From contig NIVC01002279.1 in the NCBI GenBank assembly GCA_002269645.1, forward strand, positions 83,155-147,154: a stretch of 64,000 nucleotides of DNA, in the 5' to 3' direction. This document shows, one piece after another, positions 1-12,910 of the stretch. The notes beneath the pieces were generated by a model. It did no database searches and was not told where the DNA came from. It saw nothing but the letters and a program-made list of their open reading frames with translations. A program made the translations under genes and the position numbers. Each line of letters starts with the position of its first letter. The first letter of the stretch is position 1. This stretch comes from Macrostomum lignano (Eukaryota).

Positions 1-752
1 GCTGGGTAAGCTATCCTACTGATCTATCCATGGGCTGAGTAAGCTATCCTACTGATCTATCCATGGGCTGAGTAAGCTATCCTACTGATCTATCCATGGG
101 CTGGGTAAGCTATCCTACTGATCTATCCATGGGCTGGGTAAGCTATCCTACTGATCTATCCATGGGCTGGGTAAGCTATCCTACTGATCTATCCATGGGC
201 TGGGTAAGCTATCCTACTGATCTATCCATGGGCTGGGTAAGCTATCCTACTGATCTATCCATGGGCTGAGTAAGCTATCCTACTGATCTATCCATGGGCT
301 GAGTAAGCTATCCTACTGATCTATCCATGGGCTGGGTAAGCTATCCTACTGATCTATCCATGGGCTGGGTAAAGCTATCCTACTGATCTATCCATGGGCT
401 GAGTAAGCTATCCTACTGATCTATCCATGGACTGGGTAAGCTATCCTACTGATCTATCCATGGGCTGGGTAAGCTATCCTACTGATCTATCCATGGGCTG
501 GGTAAGCTATCCTACTGATCTATCCATGGGCTGGGTAAGCTATCCTACTGATCTATCCATGGCTGGGTAAGCTATCCTACTGATCTATCCATGGGCTGGG
601 TAAGCTATCCTACTGATCTATCCATGGGCTGAGTAAGCTATCCTACTGATCTATCCATGGGCTGGGTAAGCTGGTACTGATCTATCCATGGGCTGAGTAA
701 GCTATCCTACTGATCTATCCATGGGCTGGGTAAGCTATCCTACTGATCTATT
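1..752. repeat. 33-bp minisatellite (GCTGGGTAAGCTATCCTACTGATCTATCCATGG)n, about 22 copies, truncated by the window start
   Basis: Direct tandem periodicity of 33 bp; ends about 150 bp upstream of the MRPS11 ATG. Confidence 0.97.
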
Positions 753-900
753 GACTTAGATATTCTTTTTTGTGACCAACAATGTACTGTAATCTCTATA
801 TTACTTTCGAGGCAAAATGTTTCGTTAATTTCGTTATAGAGTTTATGCAAAATAGAACTGCCTAATTTCATGCATCCCCTAATAGAAAGTCAATCCTAAA

Positions 901-2164
901 ATGCTTTTGAGAACACTATGCTCAGACTTTGCCCGACGCTGCCTACTCAATCCAGCCTGCTCTGTGCTGAATAGATCGCTCAGTAGCAGCGGCACCGGAG
1001 GAGGCGGCGCAGGTTCGAGCCCTCCCACTCATTGGGATCGCAGCACGGATAGCGGTGTGACCTCAGACGAATCCAGTTCATCCGCTCTAACACCTGAATC
1101 GGCAGCAGCGCCAAAGGGTGTAGCCCTGGCTACCCACATGCTACTAAACCAGCCAACCTACAATGTAATGGGAGATATTGTCCCCGTGAACGAGTACCAC
1201 CTGACTGAGGAGACTCCAGCTGGCGTGCCCTATCACACTTTGCCAATTGTTTACTTTGGCGCCAGGCGCAATAATTGCATAGTAACAATCACGGATTGTT
1301 TGGGACGCCCATTGGCTGTTACCTCTACGGGAATTGAAGGCTTTCATAATGCTAAGAAGTCTACGACTGTTGCTGCTCAGGTAAATTTTGTATAAAAATA
1401 TTGAGTGTTTATTGTATTTTATGAGTGCTTCTAGTGCTGGTGCTGCGGTGCCGCGCATCGAGATCCGGTGGTACCGGTGTCCGTAGCGCTGTCGCCCCCC
1501 CCCCGAGAGTCCAGGAGGTGGATGGTCACTCGTCCGGTAGCCCTTAGGTAGCGGATGAGCTGGCAGAGATTCTCGGGCCTGAAAACGTCGGAGAGGTCCG
1601 GGTTTGGGCCGAGCTAGGTGAGCCTGTCCTGAGTAAAGGCGGGGCATTCCCAGATAAAGTGCTCCGCTTTCTCGACATGCTTGACTAAACAGCGATGGTC
1701 ACCATGATTTCCCTGCGGTTTGAGTCCAAGCAGGGCCCTGCGCATGGCGGAGGAAGGACTTTGAAGCCACCCACTGGTTGATCCGAGTGGTGGCAACGGC
1801 GGTGAGGGTGGGGCCACGGGCAAGGAACCGTGGAGTAAAAGAACCGGCCGGAGCCAGGCGATCGGCCAACTCGTTCCCGGGGTGGCCCTACTACTGTAGC
1901 CGATTTCAGTACTTCTACTAAATTCTGCGAGCATCAAAGAATTCATTACAATTCTGTTTCCAGGTAGTTGGCGTTTCAACCGCGCTGAAGGCTAAGAAGC
2001 TGGGCATCAGCCACGCTCGGGTGGTGATCCGCGGCATGAACCAGCTCCGTCTGGCCTGTCTGAAGGGCATGTCAAGCGGCGGACTGCAGATCGTGTCGCT
2101 AACTGACAATACCAAGATTCACTATGGCAAGGGTAGACGGCCAAGGAAACCGCCTAGAAAATAG
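901..2164 (+). CDS. MRPS11: Mitochondrial small-subunit ribosomal protein uS11m; exons 901-1380 and 1964-2164
   Basis: Exon 1 ends GCTGCTCAG|GTAAAT; acceptor TTTCCAG|GTAGTT at 1963. Spliced protein has the S11 motifs [45 protein letters not shown] and [10 protein letters not shown], plus an Arg/Ser/Leu-rich N-terminus resembling a mitochondrial presequence. Confidence 0.93.
1430..1800 (-). mobile_element. Decayed 3' fragment of a non-LTR retrotransposon (LINE) ORF2 inside the MRPS11 intron
   Basis: Minus frame reads [46 protein letters not shown], resembling the EH-x-x-x-x-CP...R...LG C-terminal motif of I/R1/Loa-type ORF2, with an in-frame stop. It is a GC-rich island in an AT-rich intron. 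Boundaries approximate. Confidence 0.6.
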
Positions 2165-3120
2165 TCGACTAATAACTCATAGCCTATATAGTAGTTATAA
2201 ATCTGTAGGTAAAAGTATTGTATGATGGTCAATGAAGTGTCACTCGATACTACTGCTATTAGTAGGACTGTAAATTCTACTCATATGTTAGCTAAATTTT
2301 AAAAAATAAATTTATAGGCGCGATGACCATTTTGATTGGTCGCATTTGAATGGAATTCAGTTGCTGCAACATCTATTTTTGTCTGTCATTTGTCTGCTTT
2401 ATGTTTATTTCTTTCGCTAAATTCATAGTATCGACGATAGATAAGAAACAAATTGAAAGGTTTTATAAAATACAGACAATACAAGCCTGCAGAACAAATT
2501 AGAGCACAGCTCTCAGCAACTCGCAGAGCAGAAATCTGTGCATGGTCTGACCGGAAACCCTGTGGTGCAGTGGTGTCGCAGTTAGTGACGCGGCTGCGCT
2601 CGCTAAGTCCGACCAGCGTGTGATCGAATTTCGGTAGTCGCTTAATTTGTGGCAGCGAAAGTCCAGCCGGCCAAGTAGGTCCTCCATACCATCCGTGTTG
2701 GCGTTCTCGCGTCCGGTGACAAAGGGCGAGAGCTCAGACCTCCGGAACTGTCTTCAAGCACCAATCATCCAGTGTGTTCCAGTTTGGCAGTTCCTCCAGC
2801 TGCCCATCTAGGAGTACTGTGGTTGTTTGTCGACTTGTTTAGGAGGCTCCACCCGACTTCAAGATTCTAAGAATAGAGACCTAGCTGGTTCAGCCACTTT
2901 AGCAACTTCTAGCTGTACATGTAGGTCGTAAGCAGCTGGGCTAGAATGGTGCAACGCCAGGGAGCCTTCAGCTGGAGCCCGATGCTGCTGGGCCTTATAG
3001 TGCCGGCGGATCCACGATCTTGACGGCAGGGGTCTCAGTGTGTGCTCTGCAAATGTACTTCTTCAGCCTTGAAATTGGCCTTTATAGGCGTGAATCGCTC
3101 GACTACCCCTGGCCAATTTT

Positions 3121-3200
3121 TGCGCACAAGCCCCTAATGAATGCGGCCGCGCATGGAAGCGAACCATAGGTGGTGGCGCGAGAGTCTGGCGTGTTAACTG
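3121..3200 (-). mobile_element. tRNA-derived SINE head (partial copy)
   Basis: Reverse complement GCCAGACTCTCGCGCCACCACCTATGGTTCGCTTCCATGCGCGGCCGCATTCATT aligns by eye with the SINE heads at 11.1 kb and 35.3 kb; contains a B-box-like GGTTCG. Confidence 0.55.
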
Positions 3201-3255
3201 TGGTAGTGGCTGCTAGCTAGAGCTAGTGTTGTTGCACTTTACCCAATCATATCCT

Positions 3256-3545
3256 TGTTATGTCTATGGTAGCAACCAGCTTTACGTTCTTAAGCTTTCG
3301 TTCTCAGCCTCCCACTTATAATTTTCTATGCTTAAATAAACGCTGCCGACAGCTTCGTTCAAACTACTACAATGGCGTCGCGGCTTGGCAATCTGGATCT
3401 TACTGACACGTTTCATGCATTAACCTGGATTAAGGCATTCAAAGCCTTGGCTCGAACCAAGAAGTGGGAAGATAAAGAAACAGATCGACAAATCACGGAC
3501 AACTTTTTAGCGCTCTGTGGACTAGCAGCTGGACGTCAAAAATGA
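3256..3545 (+). mobile_element. LTR retrotransposon 5' remnant: short LTR (3256-3371), PBS-like TGGCGTCGC and truncated gag-like ORF
   Basis: TGT...ACA-bounded 116-bp segment containing AATAAA, followed by A-TGGCGTCGCGG and ORF MASRLGNLDLTDTFHALTWIKAFKALARTKKWEDKETDRQITDNFLALCGL, resembling Ty3/Gypsy gag N-termini (from memory). No partner LTR seen. Confidence 0.5.
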
Positions 3546-3657
3546 TATTACAGCATGTCAAAAATGATATTACAGCATGTCAAAAATGATGTTACAGCAT
3601 GTCAAAAATGATATTACAGCATGTCAAAAGTGATATTACAGCATGTCAAAAATGATA
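3534..3657. repeat. 22-bp tandem repeat (GTCAAAAATGATATTACAGCAT)n, about 5-6 copies
   Basis: Direct periodicity. Confidence 0.92.
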
Positions 3658-5121
3658 CGCCTTGGTAGAGGCGACTTTGCTACGGTGAGGTCATCTACTT
3701 CAACCAATTATAGCGAATCATTGAGTCATGTTCTCCGAAGCTTCCGAATGACCAGGCGAATGAACTGTTCAGCCGTGGTGTTCTCGTGAACCGCAGGTGG
3801 TGCTGAATCCACAACCTTCACCGGTAACACTTCGCAGGTCGCGCTTGATTTCTTCTGGGAAGTTAAACTGCATGTCGGTGAACTGTTTCTGCTTACCAAA
3901 TCGCTTCAAATATCGGGCCCAGATTGTGTACGCATCATGTCTGCCAGCCTTGCTGTTGCAATTTCTGTAGCGCTCGCACCAGGAAATGAAGCCTTTGGCG
4001 TCGTTGTCTGTGACTCCATTTTCTGTGAGATATCTGTGCAACATCTGTGCAAAAGCATTGTATAATACGCAGACATGCCTGGTTTGGTGCCTTAATAGAA
4101 AAAGCACGATGTTGGCGGTGTCAGCTCGTCGGGGCCGCGTGGTGGCACTCCGTTGAAGGTCCAGAAGGTATGTCTACAGGTCAGCCTAGAGGGTCGCCAT
4201 CGTCCATTTTATTCACTGATTATGTTTACAGATTGAATGCTGCATGCAGAAGAGGATTCTTCAGAGGATTTCAGAGGAAATCAGAGGATTTCAGTTTTGG
4301 GAACGCAGCCGTCTCTGAGATGCCAATTGGGTGCTTTTATTGAAGGTATTGTCCTACTGTCCTACTGTCCGACTGTACAGCAAATTAAGTTCAATCAGAC
4401 AGGTGTTTAAATGTAAGCACCGGATCCACCAGGAGCGGGGGGGTAGGTTCTGAGAATAATTTAGTCCGACTCCTTAATTAATGCCGGGACTAAAAGCAAC
4501 AGGTGGAATATGTGCTTTTCGCGTAGCTAACCTGCTCAAAAAATCGCCTTACTATGTCCAAAGCCGTCTTCAATTAAGTAAGCTCGATTTTAGAGAACGT
4601 CGAAATCAGTAGGAGCGCGTATGTAAGTTTCTGTCTTAAATTTCGTAGATTTTACTGCATTTGATCAAATCAGATCGAAGTCCAATGTCTGCTCAATTGG
4701 CTCCCAAGCCTCAATAAGGGTAGAACTACCAAGGGTGAACTTATTTGCTGCGCCGGAACGAAGTGACGTAGGCACACGAAATTCAAGAACACCAGGCTAT
4801 AAAATTTTGTTGCGCATCTTCTCAAACAAGAATCAACTAGTCGCCAGCCCTCAGGACCGTCGAGATATTCGACGATTCTGCTAGAAGGTCGGATTTTCCA
4901 ATAAGCGCCAGTTATTCAATACGGCCTTTAGATACGCAAGCTAGGGTTCTAGGTTATACTCGGCACGATAGATGCTGGTTTTAAGGCTCCTGACTTTACC
5001 TTGAGCCTTGTTTTCAGGTGAATGCAGGCCTGGTCTTTGTTTGCATACAGGTCTCTTTGTATTAATGAAACTCCAAGATGTTTGCGTTCCCACAACACAG
5101 ACTTTTCTGTTCTCCGACGCG

Positions 5122-7595
5122 ATGCCGCAGCTGTCAGTAGCAGCAGCAGTTGTCAGCTGTCTTCCTGTGCGAAGCCTTCAACGCGCTTTGCTTCAGCCAG
5201 CTTGCCTGCTGACCCTGCTGCTGCTCGGGCTGATGCCGCTGCTGATTGGCCTGCTCAGCCGGTTGAGCCCGATCGCATCGTTGTCTGCTCAGCCAAGTCC
5301 CGTACACGAAGCTCCCACGGCCGTGCTGATCATGGCAGCCAGCCGACCAGAGGTGCAGCTGCTCATCCGCCAGGTGGCCGCCTACCGGCCCAGCGCCGCC
5401 CAATTTCCAATCATCGTCTCGCAAGACTCGGACGACCCGATGACTTCGGCGGCGTTGGAGCCGCTGGCGGCGACTGGCGAAATCGAGTGGCAGCGGGGTC
5501 TGGCGCGGTTGACTGGCAGCGATAAGAACAGGGTGAGGAGAATCACCCGACACTACCTGGATGCGCTGGATTACGTACTGATCCATCGGCAGTTCAATCG
5601 GGTCATCGTGCTGGAAGACGACCTGCTGATTGCCGCCGATTTCTTTCGCTACTTTCAGGTAATAGCGCGCATTCACCTGGCATGTGGACTCGAACGGGCC
5701 TCAATGACCCTGATCAATCTTCTGAAAATGAAAATACTACCTGAAACAGCGTCAAGTATCTGAAATACAGTTTCAACTACCTGAAACACAGCGTCAACTA
5801 CCTGAAACATAGTTCAACCACCTGAAACATAGTTCAACCACCTGAAACACAGTTCAACCACCTGAAACATAGTTCAACCACCTGAAACATAGTTCAACCA
5901 CCTGAAACACAGTTCAACCACCTGAAACACAGTTCAACCACCTGAAACACAGTTTAAACTACCTGAAACACAGTGTCAACTACCTGAAACACAGTTCAAC
6001 CACCTGAAACACAGTTTAAACTACCTGAAACACAGTGTCAACTACCTGAAACAGTGTCAACTACCTGAAACACAGTTCAGCCACCTGAAACACAATTCAG
6101 CCACCTGAAACACAATTCAGCCACCTGAAACACAGTTCAGCCACCTGAAACACAGTTCAACCACCTGAAACACAGTTCAGCCACCTGAAATACAGTTCAG
6201 CCACCTGAAATACAGTTAAGCCACCTGAAACACATATCAACTACCTGAAACACAGTTCAGCCACCTGAAACAAAGTTCAGCCACCTGAAACACAGTTCAG
6301 CCACCTGAAACACAGTTCAGCCACCTGAAACACAGTTCAGCCACCTGAAACACAGTTCAGCCACCTGAAACACAGTTCAGCCACCTGAAACACATATCAA
6401 CTACCTGAAACACAGTTCAGTCTCAAGCCTAATCCAAAGCCACCCGAAACCCACCCGGACTCTCCTGAAGTCGCTGGCCCCCGTCTTAGACCGCGATCCC
6501 AGCGTATTCTGCGTCTCCGCCTGGCACGACAACGCCATCCTGGGCCTCGTCGACGTCGGCATCCGCGGTGCCGTCGCCGTCCACCGAACCGACTTCTTCC
6601 CTGGCCTCGGCTGGATGATTCGCCACGAGGCCTGGCCCGACGCCCGAGCCCAATGGCCCGAGCGCGAGTTTGACAGCTACCTGCGGCGGTACATGCTGCG
6701 GTCCGGCCTAGTCTGCCTGCGGCCCGAGCTGCCGAGGGTCTTCAACACGGGCCAGACTGGGGGCAACCTGATGGCCGGCTGGTGAGCTGCAGCGACTGCT
6801 GTCCACCCATCCCGACGCTGCCCATCCATCCCGACGCTGCCCATCCATCCCGACGCCACTCATTCCAAACTATATGTACATCCAAAGGGTACTAAATACT
6901 TATACTCAAGTACGCAAGTACTTAGGTACGCAAGTACTCAAGTCTCGTACGCAAGTACTCAACACTCGTACGCAAGTACTCAAGTCTCGTGCGCAAGTAC
7001 TCAAGTACGCAAATACTCAAGTCTCGTGCGCAAGTACTCAAGTACGCAATACTCAAGTACACAAGTACTCTAGTAGACAAGTACTCTAGTACGCAAGTAC
7101 TCGCATACGCCTCTATTGCCCTTCAGGTACGGCCGCACTTTCCATCGCCGCTTTCTAAGCCGCATGGCCTTCAACCTGCTGCCCGACGTTCGCATCCCAA
7201 CGACTGTCGCTCATCGCCTCGCCGCCGGTCCCGCAAGCGACATCGCCTTTGCCAAACGCGTCGCTCTACTGCCGTCGATCTCCCGGCGTCGACTGCTCAC
7301 TCTGGTGAGCGCTACAGACGAAAACGACGATCTGCCAGCCGAGGTGCAGTTCGTCTACCGGACCTACCAGGAGTACACGGATGTAGCACTGAACCTGGGC
7401 ATCATCCCGGATTTCTGGTATGGCGTGCCTCGCTGCTCACGGCAAGGCATTGTCGGCTTGCGGCTCAGCCGGCAGCGAGTTCGCGTCTTCCTCCGGCCAG
7501 CCGAACCGCCAGAATACTCGGCGCTGGTGCACATGGACAGGAGGACGCCTCCGCCTGCGCTGCTGCCGCTGCCACTGCCGCCTCCAGAATACTGA
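5122..7595 (+). CDS. MGAT1: GT13 family alpha-1,3-mannosyl-glycoprotein 2-beta-N-acetylglucosaminyltransferase-like protein (GnT-I-like); exons 5122-5658, 6471-6781, 7127-7595
   Basis: Phase-consistent GT-AG junctions (0, then 2). Type II TM segment; motifs YRPSAAQFPIIVSQD, ITRHY, VLEDDL, FCVSAWHDN, HRTDFFPGLGWM, CLRPE and GVPRCSRQGIV match MGAT1. Start could instead be the upstream in-frame ATG at 5065. Probably a paralogue. Confidence 0.88.
5737..6420. repeat. 20-bp minisatellite (CCACCTGAAACACAGTTCAG)n in MGAT1-like intron 1
   Basis: Direct periodicity of 20 bp, about 33 copies. Confidence 0.96.
6800..7105. repeat. Intron 2 repeats: 19-bp GCTGCCCATCCATCCCGAC (about 3 copies) and about 21-bp AGTACT-containing units
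   Basis: Direct periodicity. Confidence 0.85.
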
Positions 7596-7729
7596 GTCCG
7601 ATAGCAAACTCCCAGCTCAGCGCCATTTGATGTGGACCTGAAACCTGAAACGATTAAGCATGTTCTTTGATTGCTTCTAAACATAACTTTTTGTGTTTCT
7701 GCAGCCCCACTATAATCCCCCTACAATAT

Positions 7730-8120
7730 CCCTGCAATCTCCCTGCAATCTCTCTGCGATCTCTCTGCAATCTCTCTGCAATCTCTCTGCCGTCTCCCTA
7801 CTATCTCTCTATAATCTCTCTGCAATCTCTCTGCAATCTCTCTAGAATCTCTCTATAATCTCTCTGCAATCTCTCTGCAATCTCTCTGCAATCTCTCTGC
7901 AATCTCTCTGCAATCTCTCTGCAATCTCTCTGCAATCTCTCTGCAATCTCTCTGCAATCTCTCTGCAATCTCTCTGCAATCTCTCTGCAATCTCTCTGCA
8001 ATCTCTCTGCAATCTCTCTGCAATCTCTCTGCAATCTCTCTGCAATCTCTCTGCAATCTCTCTGCAATCTCTCTGCAATCTCTCTGCAATCTCTCTGCAA
8101 TCTCTCTGCAATCTCTCTGA
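7730..8120. repeat. 11-bp minisatellite (GCAATCTCTCT)n
   Basis: Direct periodicity; explains the spurious RDCREIAERLQ ORFs. Confidence 0.97.
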
Positions 8121-8446
8121 AATTTCCCTACAAATCTCTCTCCAACTTCCTTACAATCGTTATACAGTTTTTCAAATCCAACAGTACCACGGCCAGCTCC
8201 GATACGAGTTTTATTTGCCAAGAGATATTTGTCAGGGGATCAGGGGATTCGATTGTGCTTACGATAGAATTAAATTCTGTCTTGCAAATAAGAGACAAAT
8301 GTCTTGCGCTGCAACGGATCTCGCAGCTAGTCTTTTCGCCTTTGCAACTTTGAGTCAACAAATGATTTTCACAGTCGAGTCTGATGGGTGCTGCTTGATT
8401 GCATGTTTGCTTACTGGCTGCAACTGCTCTGAGGCTCTGGATTACT

Positions 8447-10228
<1,782 letters not shown>

Positions 10229-10676
10229 ATCCATTCTATCGACTGGAGGCAACAGAGGAGAGAGTATCAGCTAGACTATTTCAATGGCATCTCTCGTCAG
10301 CTACCTAGTGCTAGACTTGGGCGTTTCTCAGACTTATTCTTGACCACGGAAAGCTGACTGCCTCGGGTAACTCATGCACAGAGTGCGGCCAGGGAAGAGA
10401 CGACCAGACCGTAAACGTATTACAGTTCTGTGCGACAGCTGGAGCGCTGCATCAAATAAACAAGTCCATCTCTGATTAATAATTCACACTATAGCTGAAG
10501 GTGCCATCTTCACTGGGCTTTGAGGGTTGAGGGAGTCAGATTTATACTATGAGACAGAGTTGCCACCAATCGACTGACTTCATCTTGAACTGGCTACGAC
10601 GCTCAGCAACCGCTCTGTCAGCTGTTGGTCTCGGAAAAGAGACTTTTTAAAGGATTTATCTTGACAACTGTCACAG

Positions 10677-12322
10677 GAAATCAAAGCAAAACGGCTTCGT
10701 CCCTGTCGGCTGCTGAGATCGCGCTGATTGCGGTCTCGGTATGGATTGTCCTGCTGGTTGTTGGTGAGATTGTCTGGAATGTGCTGCTTGCTTTGCTAGG
10801 TCTTGATGCGAGCTGGATATTTACAGGAAAGTTGAGGGCATTTTGCCTGCGGTGGCATCCTTTTACAATTCTTTACAATTCTTTACAATTCTTTACAATT
10901 CTTTACAATTCTTTACAATTCTTTACAATTCTTTACAATTCTTTACAATTGTCAGGATTCTCAGGCACGCACTCATACACACGCTCACACAGGGTGTACA
11001 TCCGCCCTGACTGTCTAATCGTCAGGCATGTACACTCTCTGTTCCTTGGGGGCTGGCCCTCGGGGATGTCATGTGAATCGCACGACAAATGAATTGGGCC
11101 GCGCACGGATCGAACCAAGGGTCGTAACGAGAGATGAGTCAGACGCGGCTACTCTGTCCCCGGTCGCTGTTTTCTTATTGATTTTTGTTGGCTAGGAGCT
11201 ACAGTTAATCATGAATTAGCATTCTCACCAGCTATTAGTTCGAACCCAAAATCTCTAAACTGAGAATCCCTGATCCCCATCAACCTCAACTGCGTCGCTC
11301 CAGGCGCCGCTCTCGGCCTGTTTGTCTACTTGGAAAAACGTCGGCGTCGGCGACAAAACGACGACGATAGCGACAACGACGGCGTGAGTCGCCGTCACCG
11401 ACGCCACCAACGACACCATCGACATCGTCACGGCAGCGAGCCCCCCGACGGACCCACGTCTGCCCCGCCAATGACATCATTTGACAACATCGGCGGCGAC
11501 TTCTCAGCGTCCAACATCAGCGGCTTTGGAGGCGGCTCGGCTCAGTTCGACACTATTTCGAATGCACCGAGTGACCCCGGCTCGGCCCAGGCGGTCCTGG
11601 CCCAGCTGGACCTTCTCAAGCCGCATCTGCTGTCCTTCAAGGCCATGCTCTGGGATCTGGAGAAGTGGATCGACGCTCGTTCGGGCGCGAGTCCCGGCCC
11701 GATGGTAACGGAGTACCTGGAAGCCAGAAGCCGGCTCAAGCAGGTGCTGTTGCTGCTTGAAGATCAAGCCGACTGTCCGCCTGAGCAGTGCTCAAAAATT
11801 GCCCAAATGCTAGACTGGAGCGAGCGCTGTCTGAAACGATTTTTAGTCAGCAACAAAACCTACGACCCGGCGGCGCCATCGTTCAAGCAGACAAAGACTG
11901 CAAAGACAAAGAGCGGTCGGCGAGGTGCAGCAGGCGGAGGAGGTGGCGGCGGCAGCGGCGGCGGGTCGGTGAATCGCCGAGTTGCGGCGGTGAAGCGGTC
12001 GCACTCGGCCCCAAGGCCGACTCTCAGCCACGTGTCGGGCCGCGAGCCGGGCTTCGTTCTGGTTGGCTTCAAGTCCGCGCTAGGCGGCGGCGCGGAAAAT
12101 GGCGCTGGAGGAGGTGGCGGCGGCGGCAGCGGAGCGCGCAGAAGGCTGCCGCAGCGGGGTGCCATGTTTCTGCCTGACGGTGGCGGCGGCGGAAGCAGCG
12201 GAAGCGGCGGTCCCAGCCGGTTCACCATCAACCGACGCCTGGCGCCGATTTCCGAGTATCCGCCTCGTAGGTCAACGTCGCTTTCCGGCCTGTTCGACCG
12301 CGAGATTTCAACGCCATTGTGA
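10677..12322 (+). CDS. Orphan single-pass membrane protein (5' partial); exons 10677-10763 and 11304-12322
   Basis: TCACAG| acceptor, GTTG|GTGAGA donor and CTCCAG| acceptor are all phase 1. Splicing rebuilds a continuous TM helix EIALIAVSVWIVLLVVGAALGLFVYL followed by EKRRRRR, then a 330-aa cytoplasmic tail with a helical segment and Gly-rich tracts. Confidence 0.72.
10860..10950. repeat. 10-bp tandem repeat (TTCTTTACAA)n
   Basis: Direct periodicity. Confidence 0.93.
10950..11165 (-). mobile_element. tRNA-derived SINE (best-preserved copy) in the intron of the TM-protein gene
   Basis: Reverse complement contains GTAGCCGCGTCTGACTC (tRNA-Trp-like D-arm/anticodon stem), a perfect B-box GGTTCGATCC (11107-11116), a body hairpin (10994-11035) and a GT-rich tail. 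Homologous to 35.1-35.3 kb. Confidence 0.7.
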
Positions 12323-12584
12323 ATCGTTAGATGGGTTCATGATTAGATGCGTTTCGGTTGGAGTGAGATCGAGAAGCTTTGTTTAAATTAATCTGTTTGT
12401 TTAACTCATAAACTAGGTAAAGTTTTATCATGAACCCAAGCTCAGTTGACATTTAAATAAGTCGATTTTTATTCATTTACTGGATTAGTGGACGAAATCT
12501 TAATAACCAAATGCTTTTTATGTTCACTATTCTGTTAAGGTAATAGAATTACAGCACGCTAACTATGATAAGCCATTAGTTACT

Positions 12585-12910
12585 GGACGGAATGTGGCAC
12601 GTGACTACTGAGTCAATCACGATTTAGTTAGTAGTAATTAGTAGAAACGGTGGGGCCTTTCCAAGGTCACTTCTATACCGACGTTGTTATTGGAGTAAAC
12701 ATTTGTCACGTGACTGATCTGAGCCTATATAACGATTCAACTATTAGAAACAAACGGTCGGGAGATTCCCAAGGTCACTTCTGCGCTCGTTAGTACGACG
12801 TTGTCATTGGATAGAACAATTGCCATGTGACTTATCTGAGCCGGTAGCTAGTAGAAACAAACGGCCTTGGTAATTTTCAAGGTCACTTTTAATACAACGT
12901 TGTGATTGGT
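12585..12910. repeat. Three diverged ~108-bp tandem units, each with CAAGGTCA and an E-box-like motif
   Basis: CAAGGTCA at 12662, 12770 and 12878 (108-bp spacing); CACGTG at 12598 and 12707, CATGTG at 12824. Confidence 0.75.

Noticed and set aside
2499-3100. Possible minus-strand gene downstream of MRPS11
   Set aside because: Only short frames broken by stops, with no recognisable motif or convincing splice pattern.
7801-8221. RDCREIAERLQ-repeat ORFs
   Set aside because: Translations of an 11-bp tandem repeat, open in several frames; not a gene.
10994-11035. SECIS element or hammerhead ribozyme
   Set aside because: Lacks the AUGA/GA quartet with apical AAR; CTGACGA is not followed by a stem II and GAAA, and it is not conserved in the 35-kb copy.
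11090-11165. Functional tRNA gene
   Set aside because: B-box present but no complete cloverleaf or acceptor stem; followed by a SINE body.
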